Source of the DNA: Azorhizobium sp. AG788
GTDB taxonomy: Bacteria > Pseudomonadota > Alphaproteobacteria > Rhizobiales > Xanthobacteraceae
Assembly (NCBI GenBank): GCA_943369575.1
Contig: CALRNP020000001.1
Coordinates: 1,129-65,128 of the forward strand
DNA length: 64,000 bases
Direction of reading: 5' to 3'
Part shown: positions 63,290 through 64,000 of the stretch, piece by piece
Numbering within the stretch: position 1 is the stretch's first letter
Layout: every line of letters starts with the position of its first letter
Program-made: the position numbers and the translations under genes
Notes under the pieces: model-generated
Told to the model about the DNA's origin: nothing
The model's database searches: none
The model's input: the letters and a program-made list of their open reading frames with translations, nothing else

Positions 63290-63460
63290 ATGACCTGCTC
63301 GTCCACCCGTGCCCCGCGCCTGTCCAAGGCGGCCTTCTGCGCCGTCGGGCCATTCGTGTGCGACACCATGGACTTCGCCGCGGTGCCCGATCACGTGCGC
63401 CTGCCGGGCCGGTTCTTCGGGCGTTTCACCACGGCCGCGCTCGCCGCCCTCGGTCGCTGA
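63290..63460 (+). CDS. Possible small ORF (56 aa), unknown function
   Basis: Below the ORF-track cutoff. It reads MTCSSTRAPRLSKAAFCAVGPFVCDTMDFAAVPDHVRLPGRFFGRFTTAALAALGR*. The third codon position looks GC-rich by eye, but no SD was seen. Confidence 0.2.
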   Translation: MTCSSTRAPRLSKAAFCAVGPFVCDTMDFAAVPDHVRLPGRFFGRFTTAALAALGR

Positions 63461-63562
63461 CGCGCCTTTGGGGCGGATGCCGACGCATCCCCCTTTTCGT
63501 CCGATCTCAAGACCCGCCCGCGGCGCGCGCCGCCGGGCTCATGCTCCTCAGGACACATCGCC

Positions 63563-64000
63563 ATGAACGCCCCCACCAGCGGCCCCCGGACCCTCTACGA
63601 CAAGGTTTTCGACGACCACGTGGTCGCCCGTCAGGAAGACGGCACCTGCCTGCTCTATATCGACCGCCATCTGGTGCATGAGGTCACCAGCCCGCAGGCA
63701 TTCGAGGGCCTGCGCATGACCGGCCGCACCGTGCACGCGCCGCAGAAGACCCTGGCGGTGGTGGACCACAACGTGCCGACCACCGACCGCACCAAGCCCA
63801 ATCCCGATGCGGAGAGCGTGGCCCAGATTGCGGCGCTGGCAGAGAACACCCGCGAGTTCGGCATCGAATATTATGACGGCTTCGATATCCGCCAGGGCAT
63901 CGTCCATGTGGTCGGCCCCGAGCAGGGCTTCACGCTGCCCGGCACCACCATCGTCTGCGGCGACAGCCACACCTCCACCCATGGGGCGTTCGGCGCCCTG
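63563..64000 (+). CDS. leuC: 3-isopropylmalate dehydratase large subunit (5' part; runs off the right edge)
   Basis: [21 protein letters not shown]...[22 protein letters not shown]...VDHNVPT...[17 protein letters not shown] shows the classic LeuC/aconitase-family motifs. It is in frame to position 64000. Confidence 0.9.
   Translation, partial: MNAPTSGPRTLYDKVFDDHVVARQEDGTCLLYIDRHLVHEVTSPQAFEGLRMTGRTVHAPQKTLAVVDHNVPTTDRTKPNPDAESVAQIAALAENTREFGIEYYDGFDIRQGIVHVVGPEQGFTLPGTTIVCGDSHTSTHGAFGAL

Noticed and set aside
63290-63460. Small ORF as a leucine-operon leader peptide
   Set aside because: It has no run of Leu codons and no terminator or anti-terminator downstream. It is kept only as a low-confidence small ORF.
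1-64000. Window-wide scan for CRISPR arrays, rRNA, prophage, toxin-antitoxin pairs or known defence systems
   Set aside because: I saw no regularly spaced repeats, no cas, integrase, capsid or terminase-like translations, and no nuclease/ATPase defence-type gene pairs. The accessory content here is metabolic.

Overview
High-GC chromosomal segment, almost certainly alphaproteobacterial. The pckA / chvI-chvG-hprK-EIIA(Man)-HPr synteny is typical of Hyphomicrobiales/Rhizobiales, and the Sox genes suggest a facultative sulfur oxidiser such as a Xanthobacteraceae-like organism; this taxonomic call is inference only. I can support about 60 CDS, one tRNA-Arg(ACG), two pseudogene or IS relics and several hairpins and repeats. 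Layout from left to right: (1) 1-8192, thiosulfate/sulfide oxidation cluster: soxA divergent from soxYZBCD, then cytochrome c, a Tat-exported DsrE-like protein and soxF. (2) 8597-11618, LysR regulator divergent from DsbA-like, atypical MBL-fold and NTF2-like genes. (3) 11931-27010, a 14-gene co-directional minus-strand operon with five amidase-signature enzymes, two GatC/AtzG-like mini-proteins, an isochorismatase-like hydrolase, a Dpp/Opp-type ABC importer and an AbrB-type membrane protein, with a divergent GntR regulator. This is my best candidate for an undescribed catabolic system. (4) 28305-41438, an 11-gene minus-strand operon: Liv-type ABC importer, aldehyde dehydrogenase, shikimate-DH-like, SDR, an orphan fused E1 alpha/beta ThDP enzyme, an FAD-linked oxidase and a GMC oxidoreductase. 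It is followed by a divergent qor-SDR-SDR-GntR unit. (5) 45119-50872, a decayed islet next to tRNA-Arg: IS66 relic, deleted GST-omega pseudogene and quinone/redox-stress genes. (6) 51064-59556, orphan histidine kinase, HPr, EIIA(Man), short HprK, chvG, chvI, nrtS-like, hugZ-like and pckA. (7) 60018-64000, MFS transporter, a structured terminator-capped leader or sRNA, argC, small hypothetical genes and the 5' part of leuC. No CRISPR array, rRNA, intact transposase, integrase, prophage or recognisable defence genes were seen. All homology calls come from motif recognition by eye on the supplied translations; no searches were run. Start codons were re-picked where the ORF track clearly over-extends into upstream genes.
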